Below, piece after piece: positions 48,760 through 58,906 of a stretch of DNA of 64,000 nt. Numbering within the stretch: the first letter of the stretch is position 1; every line of letters starts with the position of its first letter. The notes under the pieces were generated by a model. The model had not been told where the DNA came from. It saw only the letters and a program-made list of their open reading frames with translations, and searched no databases. The DNA comes from Candidatus Bathyarchaeota archaeon (GTDB lineage Archaea; Thermoproteota; Bathyarchaeia; 40CM-2-53-6). Position numbers and translations under genes: made by a program. The stretch covers positions 160,001 through 224,000 of the forward strand of contig CAVTBR010000002.1 of NCBI GenBank assembly GCA_963733055.1. Direction: 5' to 3'.

Positions 48760-49962
48760 ATGGTGCAATCAAGTTTCAAGAGAGACGCCCGTTCTTTCCT
48801 GCGCCGGGAATATGATAGGCTGGTTTCGGAGGACCTTGATTGGAGAATCAGAATCTTAGCAAGCAGTAGCGGACCTTGGACCACGGTATCGGACAGAAAG
48901 GTCCTGATGCTCTGCTCGAATAATTATCTCAACCTAACTAACCATCCCAAAGTCAAGAAAGCAGCTCTGGAGGCAATAGAGAAGTTTGGAGCCGGTTCCG
49001 GCTCTGTTCGACCGATTGCTGGCACCATGCAAGCGCATGTTGAACTTGAGAAAGCTCTAGCCAAGTACAAACATACTGAATCATCCCTTGCGTATTCGAC
49101 CGGTTTTGCCGCGAATGCGGGATTAATTCCACAACTCGCGGGTGAAGGGGATTTGATCATTAGTGACGAACTCAATCATGGGAGCATAATCGACGGCGTG
49201 CGTCTCAGTCGTGCTGAGAGAACCGTCTTCAAGCACCGAGACGCTGAGGATCTAAAGCGCGTGTTAGACGAGGCTGAACTGAAGAGTTACAAGCAAATCT
49301 TAATCGTTACCGACGGCGTCTTCAGTATGGATGGAGATATCGCACCTGCCGGCGAGATTGCTAAACTAGCAGCACAGCACGGTGCTATGACCTACATTGA
49401 CGACGCCCATGGGGATGGTGTCCTTGGGGACGCGGGACGAGGAATAACTTCCCACTTCCATATCGAAGGCAAAATCGACGTGGAGATGGGAACTTTCTCG
49501 AAAGCATTCGGCGTCGTGGGCGGCTACATTGCTGGCTCGGCGGACTTGGTAAATTATGCGTTGAACAAGTCGAGAACTTGGCTTCTGAGCGGCTCTCACC
49601 CCGCGAGCGTTGTTGCGTCATGCAAAGCGGCCATCGATGTAGTTGAGCACGAGCCTGAGCATTTGAAGGCTCTCTGGGAAAATACGCGCTACTTCAAAGC
49701 TGGGCTTGCCAAACTGGGCTTTGATACGGGTGCCAGCGAGACGCCCATTACGCCAGTGATCGTTGGCCAGAGTTCTACGGCAAGGAAGATGAGTGAAATG
49801 CTATTCGAAGAAAACGTATTCGCCCTTCCAATCGTGTTCCCTATGGTCGCCTGCGATAAAGCGAGGATACGGACGATTATGAACGCTGGGCATTCGAAAG
49901 TGGACTTAGACTTCGCACTTCAGGCGTTTGCGAAGATAGGTAACGCGCTTGGGGTAATCTAG
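48760..49962 (+). CDS. kbl: 2-amino-3-ketobutyrate CoA ligase (glycine C-acetyltransferase)
   Basis: CSNNYL, SDELNHGSIIDG, DGVFSMDGD, DDAHG, GTFSKA; paired with tdh. Confidence 0.88.
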   Translation: MVQSSFKRDARSFLRREYDRLVSEDLDWRIRILASSSGPWTTVSDRKVLMLCSNNYLNLTNHPKVKKAALEAIEKFGAGSGSVRPIAGTMQAHVELEKALAKYKHTESSLAYSTGFAANAGLIPQLAGEGDLIISDELNHGSIIDGVRLSRAERTVFKHRDAEDLKRVLDEAELKSYKQILIVTDGVFSMDGDIAPAGEIAKLAAQHGAMTYIDDAHGDGVLGDAGRGITSHFHIEGKIDVEMGTFSKAFGVVGGYIAGSADLVNYALNKSRTWLLSGSHPASVVASCKAAIDVVEHEPEHLKALWENTRYFKAGLAKLGFDTGASETPITPVIVGQSSTARKMSEMLFEENVFALPIVFPMVACDKARIRTIMNAGHSKVDLDFALQAFAKIGNALGVI

Positions 49963-49967
49963 TTCAG

Positions 49968-50606
49968 CTATGCGACCCAGTCTTTCGGAGTGACCATTCC
50001 GTAGGTACTTCGGAGTGCCTCGTACACCGCGAAAGACATTGAGCCCAGCGTGCTCGTCGATCCGAAACTTCTAGTCCAACAGTCCTTAACACCGGCTAGT
50101 GTGAGAATGATTTTTGGTGTTTCCCCTCCGACGAGGCCTAGTCCCCTAGGTCCGGGTAGAATTTCGAGTGCCACGCTACCAGTCTTGCCTCTGACTTTGA
50201 ATGGGATTGAATGTGCTTGGCCGCAGCGGCACTCCCAGCTGCCGCATCCGCGTCGAATTGGGACGACGCCTAGCTTTGCCGCTAGCGTTGCTTTGTCAAT
50301 TGCACTCCGTACCTGTCTAGCCTTACCTTGGCCGACGCCGAGAAAGCCGGTACCGTTTCCAACTGCGACCACCGCTTTGAATCTTGATTTCTCGCCTGCG
50401 TCGGTTTGCTTCTGCACAAAGCCTATTCCAAGAACTTCCTGTCTCAAGCCTGGCAGAAGTACGTCGACTATCTCAGGTTCTTTTATCCTCAGTCCTTGGG
50501 TGAAGATGTCCTCGAGTGAGACGATTTCTCCGCTCTGGACCATTCTGCCGACTTTTGTCTTGGGGATCCAGCCTGCTTCGGCTCTTTGGGTTTGCGCGGT
50601 CTGCAT
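49968..50606 (-). CDS. rps5: 30S ribosomal protein S5 (uS5)
   Basis: WIPKTKVG, QKQTDAG, RRGCGSWEC, PRGLG. Confidence 0.97.
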   Translation of the reverse strand: MQTAQTQRAEAGWIPKTKVGRMVQSGEIVSLEDIFTQGLRIKEPEIVDVLLPGLRQEVLGIGFVQKQTDAGEKSRFKAVVAVGNGTGFLGVGQGKARQVRSAIDKATLAAKLGVVPIRRGCGSWECRCGQAHSIPFKVRGKTGSVALEILPGPRGLGLVGGETPKIILTLAGVKDCWTRSFGSTSTLGSMSFAVYEALRSTYGMVTPKDWVA

Positions 50607-50607
50607 C

Positions 50608-51051
50608 TTAGCGTCTCCTGGATAACTTGTGCGTGTCTATGTATTCATCCAAATGTGCTCCGCTCCGAAACGTTCCGCCTTTAGCCATGAGCGTTAGCTT
50701 CCTGTAAACCTGTGTGGTTATGAATCGTTTGTCACGCAATGTTCGAAGCCTTACCCGAATGGATCTTATTCGAACCACCCATCTTCTCTTCCGGTGGGTG
50801 GTGCTTCCCTTAATGCTCCCTGGGCCTTTGTGGCGCCCAGCCAACAATTCTTTTCGGCGGGCTCGTTTTCTTCCTCGACTGATTCCGATTTGGGGGGTTT
50901 TCTTGATGCTGCCTTCGTGAATGAGTTTGCGGATTTCTTCTCGGGTAATCGCCGATGACACCCTATCAGTGTCCTCAGGGTCAACCCAGACTCTGCTGAG
51001 GCCAACCCCTAGGATTTCGGCGGCCAACCGTCTCTGGCTTACAACGCTCAT
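50608..51051 (-). CDS. rpl19e: 50S ribosomal protein L19e
   Basis: QRRLAAEIL, AITREEIR, GPGSIKG, AKGGTF. Confidence 0.96.
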   Translation of the reverse strand: MSVVSQRRLAAEILGVGLSRVWVDPEDTDRVSSAITREEIRKLIHEGSIKKTPQIGISRGRKRARRKELLAGRHKGPGSIKGSTTHRKRRWVVRIRSIRVRLRTLRDKRFITTQVYRKLTLMAKGGTFRSGAHLDEYIDTHKLSRRR

Positions 51052-51596
51052 TTCTTACTCCTCTTTTTGCCACCCTTTCCGGAGCGGCGTTTCTTAGATC
51101 CTTTCTTTGCGGGTTTTTCTGTTTCCTTCGTCTCTGATCCAGTCGTGGGTTCTTCTGTAGTTTCGGTTACTGTTTCGGTGGCTGGTTCGGTCGGCGTCTC
51201 AATGGTGCCTTCGGTAGGTTCCGCGGGTATTTCGGGGACGGTTTCGGCTGGTTTCTTGAGTCCGGGGTTTAGGATTCTGATGTTGGCTTTCTTTGCTTCA
51301 TCCACAATCTGTACTCGTTTGTTCTCTCCAACCGTATGAGCTATTCTTGCGGCTTGAGTCTTGGAGTCGATTCCCTCTAGGTCTTTTGGTCGCCATATCA
51401 TGACTTCCTTGAGGCCTGAGGGGTGACTGCCGCGTGTTGCCTTTGGTCTAGAGTAGCCTATCTTTACTACGGGCGGCCATCCTTCTTTGCTTCTTCTGAC
51501 TCGACTTGTCTTTCCATGGGGAGCGCGCCATGCTTCCTTTACTCTCTTGTAACGCCAGCTTTCCTCGCGGACGAAGCGGGGTCTCTTGTATGACAT
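51048..51596 (-). CDS. rpl32e: 50S ribosomal protein L32e with acidic-then-basic C-terminal extension
   Basis: PRFVREESWRYKR, WRAPHG, HPSGLKE, ILNP + tail. Confidence 0.95.
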   Translation of the reverse strand: MSYKRPRFVREESWRYKRVKEAWRAPHGKTSRVRRSKEGWPPVVKIGYSRPKATRGSHPSGLKEVMIWRPKDLEGIDSKTQAARIAHTVGENKRVQIVDEAKKANIRILNPGLKKPAETVPEIPAEPTEGTIETPTEPATETVTETTEEPTTGSETKETEKPAKKGSKKRRSGKGGKKRSKK

Positions 51597-52157
51597 TTAC
51601 ATGCCCTCCTTCTTTTCGAAGATGTATATCCCGTCCAAGAACACTCGCTGATCTTTGTCAGGTATCCTTGTTCCGTCTTGAATGTTCGCGGCGGTTTGAC
51701 TCACATCGCCGAGGCTGTTTCCTTGGACGTGAAGTTCGTCGCCTACGACTTTCACTTTGGCGTTTCCAACGATTCTGATGACTCGTGAGGTTTTCTCGCC
51801 CGTGAAGTTGTCTATTGTGAGTCTCTTCTCCTTCTCGTTTACCTTTACCGTCACGGGGAAGTGTGCGTAAACAATCTTGAGTTTGTAAGTATAGCCCGAT
51901 GTTACGCCGCGGATCATGTTTCGAACATGCGCCAGTGCGGTACCGACGAGTGCGACTTCACGTTTTCTAGCCCATGGCGCAAAGACTGTTAGCGTCTGAT
52001 CTTTCAGGGCAAATTGGACTGGTAGGTGTGCGAAGTCTTCTTCCAGAGCTCCCTTCGGGCCTGTGGCTTTGATTCTTCTTCCCTCGATACTTAGTTGAAC
52101 CCCTTCGGGGATCGGAAGTGTCCTTTCTGCTAATTCTGTGAGAACCAAGGTTACCAT
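51597..52157 (-). CDS. rpl6: 50S ribosomal protein L6 (uL6)
   Basis: GPKG, YAHFP, NFTGEK, DQRVFLDGIY. Confidence 0.96.
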   Translation of the reverse strand: MVTLVLTELAERTLPIPEGVQLSIEGRRIKATGPKGALEEDFAHLPVQFALKDQTLTVFAPWARKREVALVGTALAHVRNMIRGVTSGYTYKLKIVYAHFPVTVKVNEKEKRLTIDNFTGEKTSRVIRIVGNAKVKVVGDELHVQGNSLGDVSQTAANIQDGTRIPDKDQRVFLDGIYIFEKKEGM

Positions 52158-52158
52158 C

Positions 52159-52323
52159 CTACATGTATTTCTTGAATCCTAGGCTTGGCGCGAGCTCTCG
52201 GAAACACTGTCGGCAGAGGAGGAGGTCGTACTTGCGTATGACGGGGCCGTATTGGCCGCATCGCCTGCATGGCCTGCTGCCTTTTCCGTACTTGTGGACT
52301 TTCTTTGGTTTTATCTTCGCCAT
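52159..52323 (-). CDS. rps14: 30S ribosomal protein S14 (uS14, Zn-binding)
   Basis: Not in track. [54 protein letters not shown]. Confidence 0.96.
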   Translation of the reverse strand: MAKIKPKKVHKYGKGSRPCRRCGQYGPVIRKYDLLLCRQCFRELAPSLGFKKYM

Positions 52324-52328
52324 TCCGC

Positions 52329-52868
52329 TTATGCCTCCTTAATTTGGACCCCGAAGGTCTCTGTGACGAATTTGATTGCGTCCTCGCGGGTTACTCTCTG
52401 AGATTTGCCAATCCGGGACGGCCTGATTCTCCTTCTTTTGACTCGGAAACCGGGGCGCTCTAGAGATGCCACGACGTCCATTCCGAAGATGCCTAGTTCG
52501 GGCTGGTATTTCGTGCCCGGAATCTCGATGTGCTCCTTGATTCCAAATGCGAAGTTTCCGTTCTCGTCGAAGCTAGATCGCTTGATTGAATTGCTGACGG
52601 CTTCAAGGCCGCGCTTCAAGAACGCGCTGGCCTTCTCACCCCGTAGGGTCGTTAGGCAGGAGACCGGTTCTCCTTCTCGTATACTGAACTCCTTGATCGT
52701 CATCTTGGCCTGTTTAGTGCAGGGTTTTTGGCCGGTGATGTCGGTGATTATTTTCTTTGCTTTTTCGAGCATCTCCCCCGATGACCCTACTCCAATATGG
52801 ACTGTAACCTTCGCGAGTTTGATGGTCCGCATCGGGTTCTCTGGAACGGTTTCTGTGACGGTCTGCAC
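52329..52868 (-). CDS. rpl5: 50S ribosomal protein L5 (uL5)
   Basis: [26 protein letters not shown]. Confidence 0.97.
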   Translation of the reverse strand: MQTVTETVPENPMRTIKLAKVTVHIGVGSSGEMLEKAKKIITDITGQKPCTKQAKMTIKEFSIREGEPVSCLTTLRGEKASAFLKRGLEAVSNSIKRSSFDENGNFAFGIKEHIEIPGTKYQPELGIFGMDVVASLERPGFRVKRRRIRPSRIGKSQRVTREDAIKFVTETFGVQIKEA

Positions 52869-52871
52869 GGC

Positions 52872-53615
52872 TTAGGCGGCCTCCAGCTTAATGGCGGGTT
52901 TGTCGGTACCAACGACGAAGGTGTAGTCCAGCACCGTATCGAACTTGTTTCCTGTGTCGTCTTCTATCCTCACCATAGCAGGGCGAGTGGCAGTGCCAGG
53001 TTGCGTTTCTACAATCTTGCCGCTCTTCCCGAGGTTTCGGCCAGCTGTGACCAAGGCATAGTTGCCCTTCTCGAATTTTATGTGGTTCAGTATTCGTTGG
53101 GTTGGAATGCTAATTCGTAGTGTGTCATTGGTTGAGTACCCAGTCGCTTGCGCGTCCGTTGGCTGAAAACTTAGGCTTCGCCCGTCGTGTGTTCCGTACT
53201 GTATGAGCCCTTTGGGGGCTGTTCTCTTTCGTAGTATCTTACAGAGTTTGAATTTGGCCTCCTCTTTTGAGATCTTAATGAGGCCAAGACCCTTGCCCTT
53301 GACTGGTAACATGCGGAATGTTAGGTTCGCCTCCGCGAATTCGACTACGTCCATCAGGCCGGTGGGGTGATTTTTTTCAAGCCTAGACCTTCCGTCAACC
53401 TTTACCTTTCCGTTCGCAAGCACCTTCGATACTTCTCGTCGATTCTTTGCGAGTTTTAATTCGTCTCTGACGATAAGTTCGAGCGGTAGGCAGAGTGCAG
53501 ATTGGTGCGCTCCGGGGTTTGGTTTGGGCGCCCAAGGTGATTCCTTTCTATGAATGGGCCAGTAGGCCGGAGAGGCTAGTCTCTTTAGGTGCCTGAGTCC
53601 GCCTTTTCGTGCCAT
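52872..53615 (-). CDS. rps4e: 30S ribosomal protein S4e
   Basis: HLKRLASP, PGAH, GLMDVV, THDGR, GRNLG. Confidence 0.96.
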   Translation of the reverse strand: MARKGGLRHLKRLASPAYWPIHRKESPWAPKPNPGAHQSALCLPLELIVRDELKLAKNRREVSKVLANGKVKVDGRSRLEKNHPTGLMDVVEFAEANLTFRMLPVKGKGLGLIKISKEEAKFKLCKILRKRTAPKGLIQYGTHDGRSLSFQPTDAQATGYSTNDTLRISIPTQRILNHIKFEKGNYALVTAGRNLGKSGKIVETQPGTATRPAMVRIEDDTGNKFDTVLDYTFVVGTDKPAIKLEAA

Positions 53616-53998
53616 TACTCAGCACCTTCCTTACCCGGTTTTTCCTGGGTTAGTTTGATGGATTCCGACCGCCATTTGTCGTCAAGGTTTAGCTTGGTAA
53701 TCATGACTTTCGAACTGTGAACCGATACGTTGGTTGACGTCCCCGAGGTCATCTCACGTGTGACCCCTTCGACGAACAAGCGTTGGCCGCGGGCGTCGAT
53801 GTCATTTACCTTTCCTTCAACCCCCGCGTAGTCCCCTCGTACAATCTTCACGGTGTCCCCTTTCCGAACGGGATAGGATCTCCTCCCTTGGGCGGTCTGC
53901 AATTCTTCGGAGAGAGGGGCCGCGAGCAGTTTTCTGAGGCCTTGGCCCTTGGCCTTGTAGATCTTCAGTCGCTGCTTTGAGGGTCGGCGTACGCTCAT
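53615..53998 (-). CDS. rpl24: 50S ribosomal protein L24 (uL24)
   Basis: PSKQR, VRKGDTVKIVRG, DKWR. Confidence 0.95.
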   Translation of the reverse strand: MSVRRPSKQRLKIYKAKGQGLRKLLAAPLSEELQTAQGRRSYPVRKGDTVKIVRGDYAGVEGKVNDIDARGQRLFVEGVTREMTSGTSTNVSVHSSKVMITKLNLDDKWRSESIKLTQEKPGKEGAE

Positions 53999-54008
53999 CC
54001 ATGTTCCC

Positions 54009-54446
54009 TCAAATGATTATGCTTGCAAGGTTCGCGACTCTCGGCCAACGTTCCGCGGCTTCCTTGGCTACCGGTCCACGAATTTCAGTTCCCTTCAACT
54101 CGCCTTCTGGCGTCATGATAACGCCGGCATTGTCGTGGAAGGAAAGCCTTGTTCCGTCAGGGCGCTTGAAAATTCGAACTTGGCGAACGACGACCGCCGG
54201 AAACATTTGCCTCCTCAGGTCTGGCGTTCCCTTTGATACCGAGACCATGATCATGTCCCCAACGCAGGCGGATGGGACGCGTCTAAGACGAGTGTGAGTT
54301 CCGAGGACTTGGATAACTTTGAGTTCCTTGGCGCCGGTATTATCGGCGCAGTTGATCCTGCTTCCGTTAGGCAACCCCCGTGCAATGCGCGGCCGATACT
54401 CTACCATTCCCTTAGCGCTTACAGCACGAGTCTTGGGGGCTGGCAA
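54009..54446 (-). CDS. rpl14: 50S ribosomal protein L14 (uL14)
   Basis: [25 protein letters not shown]. Confidence 0.97.
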   Translation of the reverse strand: MPAPKTRAVSAKGMVEYRPRIARGLPNGSRINCADNTGAKELKVIQVLGTHTRLRRVPSACVGDMIMVSVSKGTPDLRRQMFPAVVVRQVRIFKRPDGTRLSFHDNAGVIMTPEGELKGTEIRGPVAKEAAERWPRVANLASIII

Positions 54447-54521
54447 TTTTCTTTCACGTAAGGCGCTGCTGAACGTACCTGCAACAAATTAAGCTTATGT
54501 TGGGGAGATTGTGCCGTTGAC

Positions 54522-54851
54522 TCAAGAAATTGCCGCTATTTTCTCTACAACTACAAAGGCGACTTCTTTGCTGATTGGTCTACACTCAGCGACCTTAACC
54601 CTGTCTCCCTCATGGACTTCCAAGCAGGGCGGGCTGTGGGCCAAAATTCGACTTCGGCGTTTTTCATACCGCATATATTTCGGATCGTATTGCTGGTAGT
54701 CTCTCTCCACCGTTACCGTTTTCATCATCTTTGCACTTACTACTTTGCCGTCCAAGAATTTTCTTCGTACCGAGAGGCCTCCGTGGAACGGGCAGTTGCG
54801 GTCCTCGCAAGCTTTCTTTGGTGCATTTGCACCTATTCCGAGGTCTGACAT
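54522..54851 (-). CDS. rps17: 30S ribosomal protein S17 (uS17)
   Basis: CEDRNCPFHG, KYMRYEKR, ECRPISK. Confidence 0.96.
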   Translation of the reverse strand: MSDLGIGANAPKKACEDRNCPFHGGLSVRRKFLDGKVVSAKMMKTVTVERDYQQYDPKYMRYEKRRSRILAHSPPCLEVHEGDRVKVAECRPISKEVAFVVVEKIAAIS

Positions 54852-55141
54852 TACCATCGCTTCACTCTGGTCTTGAGTCTGGTCTCTGGTCGAGCCACTA
54901 ACCGTTCTCCGTCAACATCAACTCGAATGCCGCTTGGGAGGTTAAATCTGAAAGTTGCGATCTCCTTCGGGATCATAAGGGTCTTCTCCGACGATAATAT
55001 CTTGAGCATATTCTTTGTCTCGTCCACAACCGTTCCTCGAATTCCAACGACGGAAGGGTCGGTTGCTTGGGTTACACGGACTGTCAACCCAATTAACTCG
55101 TGCCTAAGAATGTTCTGTGGGGTAATGGGGAACATGGTCAA
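54851..55141 (-). CDS. rnp1: RNase P protein component 1 (Rpp29)
   Basis: ILRHELIGL, GTVVDETKN, IPK, RPE. Confidence 0.94.
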   Translation of the reverse strand: MTMFPITPQNILRHELIGLTVRVTQATDPSVVGIRGTVVDETKNMLKILSSEKTLMIPKEIATFRFNLPSGIRVDVDGERLVARPETRLKTRVKRW

Positions 55142-55350
55142 GTTGCCTTCTGTAGCGGTTTTTCGTGTTCGATTGTTAGTAAGCGTGCGACGGTCCGTTT
55201 GAGTTGGCGAATCCTTCCAACATTTTCAATGTTGCCGCCGGACTTCACGGTCGTACGTAATTTCACTAGCTCCGTCCTGAACTCCGCCAGCCTCTTCTCG
55301 CGCTCCTCAGGAAGAAGCTGCCTGATCTCACGTTTTCGTAGTATCGGCAT
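55138..55350 (-). CDS. rpl29: 50S ribosomal protein L29 (uL29)
   Basis: ILRKREIR, ENVGRIRQLKRTVARLLT. Confidence 0.95.
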   Translation of the reverse strand: MPILRKREIRQLLPEEREKRLAEFRTELVKLRTTVKSGGNIENVGRIRQLKRTVARLLTIEHEKPLQKAT

Positions 55351-56026
55351 CTGCCGCAACCTCTTCTACTACTGCACCTTCCGCAACGACCTGGGCGACC
55401 ACTGCCTTAGCTGGCTGAGCGGCCGCTGGTGCGACGTCTCGAACGACCGGTCTGTCGGGCAAACTAATGTTCGGTGGCATAAGGCGAACCCTAATCCCGA
55501 AAAGCCCCTGCTTCAATTGAGTATCAACTACCGCAGAGCGAACAATTCTGTCAATTGCTTCTCCGACAGAGGGCAGGTAACCTGCTTTGTACTTTTCGTA
55601 ACGGGCTCTGTCCGTTGTTAGCTTCCCGCGAATGGAGATCTCGACGCCTAAAGCTCCGGCTTCTATCGTTCTCTGCAGAGCCCAATAGCACGCACGCCTA
55701 AAATGAATTCCACGTTGAAGCGCCATTGCAATTTGCGAAGCAACAACCTTTGGGTCAAGTTCTGGTGCTTCCAGTGTCGCCACCGAAATCTGTGGGTTCT
55801 GGACGCCGAACTTTTGCTCAAGTACCGCGGTTAAGTCCCGAATACTCTGACCTCGCCTACCTATCACTAGACCCGGTTTCGCCACGTACACTACAACCCG
55901 TGTTCCCAGCGGGGTCTTGTTCATCTCCACCTTGCTGTAACCTGCCCGTTTCAATTCCTGAGACAGAAATTCGTCGATCTCAGCCCTACGGGCGTTTTCC
56001 TTTACGAAATAACTGTGAAGTGGCAA
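55328..56026 (-). CDS. rps3: 30S ribosomal protein S3 (uS3)
   Basis: KTPLGT, PGLVIGRRG, GALGVEI, GKL. Confidence 0.96.
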   Translation of the reverse strand: MPLHSYFVKENARRAEIDEFLSQELKRAGYSKVEMNKTPLGTRVVVYVAKPGLVIGRRGQSIRDLTAVLEQKFGVQNPQISVATLEAPELDPKVVASQIAMALQRGIHFRRACYWALQRTIEAGALGVEISIRGKLTTDRARYEKYKAGYLPSVGEAIDRIVRSAVVDTQLKQGLFGIRVRLMPPNISLPDRPVVRDVAPAAAQPAKAVVAQVVAEGAVVEEVAADADTTKT

Positions 56027-56027
56027 G

Positions 56028-56495
56028 TCACTCAGCTACCTCATAGCCCATTAACTCAATGTGAACGAGTGTGTTTCGGTACGGCGAAGCTCTGCCATAC
56101 GCTCTAGAAATGACCCTTTGAGTCTTCATTCCCCTCTGAGAGGCCGCGTGCACGATTCTTAACCGGTCAACATCCAGACCTTTGTACTCTGCGTTGGCTT
56201 CGAGTTCCTCTAGTAGGAAGAGGAACGCCTTCGCAGCCTTTACTGGGTAACGGCCAGCATACCAACCTTCATCTAAACTTCTATGTGGTACTTCCTTATG
56301 GTAGCGTCTGAATGCTATAGCGCGTTTCTTGACTACTACTCCTTCCAGAAGATCTTTCGCGGAGTCTAACCTCATTCCTCGAAGCTTTCGACAAATTTCG
56401 GTTGAGTGCTTGGGGGATATCTTCAACTCTCGCCCTGAGCATTTGACAGCTCGGTCTGGGTCGAATTCCTTGACCGAGTATCCCCACTTTGGCAT
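56028..56495 (-). CDS. rpl22: 50S ribosomal protein L22 (uL22)
   Basis: ISPKHSTEIC, GRYPVKAA, NAEYKGL, RAYGRA. Confidence 0.96.
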   Translation of the reverse strand: MPKWGYSVKEFDPDRAVKCSGRELKISPKHSTEICRKLRGMRLDSAKDLLEGVVVKKRAIAFRRYHKEVPHRSLDEGWYAGRYPVKAAKAFLFLLEELEANAEYKGLDVDRLRIVHAASQRGMKTQRVISRAYGRASPYRNTLVHIELMGYEVAE

Positions 56496-56735
56496 TCTAA
56501 TCGCACCGTGCGCAGCCGCATGTGCGCAGTACCCCTAAAAAACGTTGAGTTCACAAGACTGTGTAAACAAATAGCGAAAATCGTCTCTCAGCCCCCGCCC
56601 CCGCAGTTATTGCGATGTTGGGATCTCATTGTTGAGTTTGTTTACAAAATACTCCCTCAGGAAGCGGGAGTGCCTGTGTGAGGGTAGTTGATGAGTATGT
56701 AGATGTTCCTTATTTTCGGAACGTTCCGGTGCTCG

Positions 56736-56858
56736 TTACGAATGTTCTGATGAATAACTGCTTCTTACTGGACCAAGCAAAACTAGAGCGGCAACTAATG
56801 TCAAAGCCGTTGTGAGAATTGGACCTTATGTTGATGGGAATTCAGGCACTGTCACCAT
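56736..56858 (-). pseudogene. orphan PEF-CTERM sorting-signal remnant
   Basis: MVTVPEFPST*GPILTTALTLVAALVLLG; in-frame TAA at 56826-56828. Confidence 0.55.
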
Positions 56859-56926
56859 ATTGACATTATTCTGGGTAACGCGTCGTTTGGTCTGAGAGGC
56901 TGTCTACTTTCGGTTGGTAACTAGGC

Positions 56927-57466
56927 TTAGTTTCGGGTTCTACGTCTGATTGTAGCGTACATGATTATGGCGAGTATGGCGAGTATTGGTAAGCCGTATG
57001 GATACTCTACTACCGCACTAGTAAATACGGTAACAGTGGTGGCTGCTGTAACAGTATTCGTAATTGTATTTGTGACGGTATTCGTGACCGTTGTTGTAGG
57101 GAGGGGGAGGATGGTGAAGGGCACGCAACCAATGGGATTGCCAATGTTCAAGTCACCATCGACTTGCATGGAGTAGGAGCCAGCAGGATAACCGCCAAAC
57201 AGAATAACATACACCTGGAAACCATGGAAAACCGATGGGGTAGAAGTAATCAAGTTTCCCGCAACACAACCGGAACCACTATACAAATGCCCGTACGGGA
57301 TAGAGACGGAGGATATCCCAAATACATCGAAGAACGTATTTGCGTAGATTAGGGAACCACTCCCAAATGCAACTGCCGACACCGACCCCACACTACTCAG
57401 AAGCGCTACTATGATTATTGTTAGGGTTAACGCTGAGGTGACCCACGCCTTCCGCATAACTTCCAC
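56927..57466 (-). CDS. secreted protein with Thr-rich linker and PEF-CTERM-like tail
   Basis: Signal peptide; TTTVTNTVTNTITNTVT; VVEYP-TM-RRR. Confidence 0.7.
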   Translation of the reverse strand: MEVMRKAWVTSALTLTIIIVALLSSVGSVSAVAFGSGSLIYANTFFDVFGISSVSIPYGHLYSGSGCVAGNLITSTPSVFHGFQVYVILFGGYPAGSYSMQVDGDLNIGNPIGCVPFTILPLPTTTVTNTVTNTITNTVTAATTVTVFTSAVVEYPYGLPILAILAIIMYATIRRRTRN

Positions 57467-57573
57467 TCTAACATTCCAGATAAATTTCGTTGAATATTAT
57501 TCTTATTCGGGTAACCAACCTTCACGTTTGGAAGCGTTCTGAATCAGCGTCAACCGCTTGTTCTCACGCTATC

Positions 57574-57768
57574 CTAGTTTAGTTCCGGATGTTTCTTCGT
57601 GTATCGGCAACCGCAGACTGCACAGCGCTGAAATCTTGAGTGAAATTGCAGCAAGTGATGACAAACATCACAGCACGATTCTCGATGAGCCGTCCAATGA
57701 TGCTCATGCAGCTGACCGTTTGATGAAAATATCTTAGCGGGTTCACACAGCTTACAATAGTGACTCAT
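57574..57768 (-). CDS. small zinc-finger protein
   Basis: CKLC...HHWTAH; CDVC...CAVCGC. Confidence 0.5.
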   Translation of the reverse strand: MSHYCKLCEPAKIFSSNGQLHEHHWTAHRESCCDVCHHLLQFHSRFQRCAVCGCRYTKKHPELN

Positions 57769-58145
57769 AGAGCGAAACCAAACCTCAATCCTAACTCAAC
57801 CCGCCGCTTGCCCGAAACCATAGTAGACTTAGATTTCTTAGCTTCGGGTTTTGCATCCGATTTCGCCGTACTGGATTACTGCAAGAATTGCGAGTATCTT
57901 GCGGTTCCCTTTATTGTCTAACACCCGTTAGTTTTGGCTCTCAAGCCAGTCAAAAGCCGCATTTCTACTCCTTTTCAGTTCATTAGTTTGACCGTTTAGA
58001 CGAAATAAAACCGTTGTTTACCCATCCGGCCACCACAAAAGTCGATTTACCATCGACTTGACGTGGCTTCGGATCAAGTAGCGCTCTACTCGCACCTCAA
58101 GCAAGTCCTATCTAGGTTCAAACATGATTCCTTTACGACCTAACA

Positions 58146-58592
58146 TTGGAATCTACCAAGTCCCCATCATCCAAAGAGAGCGAGATTCATGGTACAACGC
58201 TTCGGGTTTACTGGTACCTGTTCAAGAGTTCCGGAGCCGTAGGCGTTCGCGAAACGCAGAGAGCGCTTTCTATGTCGAGTCCCAGCATCGCACTTTACCA
58301 CCTTGAGAAGCTTCGCGAGCTAGGAATAGTCGACAAAGATTCGGGCGGCAATTACGTTCTAAAGCAGCAAGTTCAGATCGGATCCTTGAAGTCCTTTCTT
58401 AAAGTTGGCCATCTTATACTACCCCGATACCTGTTCTACACGATCTTCCTGACAACAGCCGTGCTGGTGTATTCTGTAGAAGCGGTTCTTCAAACTGGTA
58501 CTGTCGAACCGGCCGGCATTGTGCTTGGAGCTGCTGGTGCGGGTATCTCTTGGTACGAATGCCTGCGTATGTGGAAGGACCGCGTCCTATAG
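58146..58592 (+). CDS. membrane-anchored winged-helix transcription regulator
   Basis: VGVRETQRALSMSSPSIALYHLEKL + two C-terminal TMs. Confidence 0.8.
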   Translation: MESTKSPSSKESEIHGTTLRVYWYLFKSSGAVGVRETQRALSMSSPSIALYHLEKLRELGIVDKDSGGNYVLKQQVQIGSLKSFLKVGHLILPRYLFYTIFLTTAVLVYSVEAVLQTGTVEPAGIVLGAAGAGISWYECLRMWKDRVL

Positions 58593-58648
58593 AGGGAATT
58601 TGGTTGTTCGAAAACGTAGAGTTAACCAAATTGAAGGCTGAAGTCTAA

Positions 58649-58906
58649 TTGGAGCAAATGAAGAAGGGAATCTGGCTAGCCGTTCTGCTAGGCATTCTTA
58701 TCGGCGTAACACTAGGGTACACCCCATATGTTTCACCAACTGCAGCCCCGCGAACAATGTTTTTGATGCAACAGGCGGGCCAGCCGAACGTTGCGCAGGG
58801 TACCCCTCAGGCCTCCAGTGATCCTCTGTCAATTCTCATCGCCCTGGCGGCGGGCCTAGTAATCGCTATCCCCGCTTTCGCATACGCGAAAAGGCGAAGC
58901 AAGTGA
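58649..58906 (+). CDS. small two-TM membrane protein
   Basis: Hydrophobic N- and C-termini with basic tail; follows the wHTH gene. Confidence 0.6.
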   Translation: MEQMKKGIWLAVLLGILIGVTLGYTPYVSPTAAPRTMFLMQQAGQPNVAQGTPQASSDPLSILIALAAGLVIAIPAFAYAKRRSK

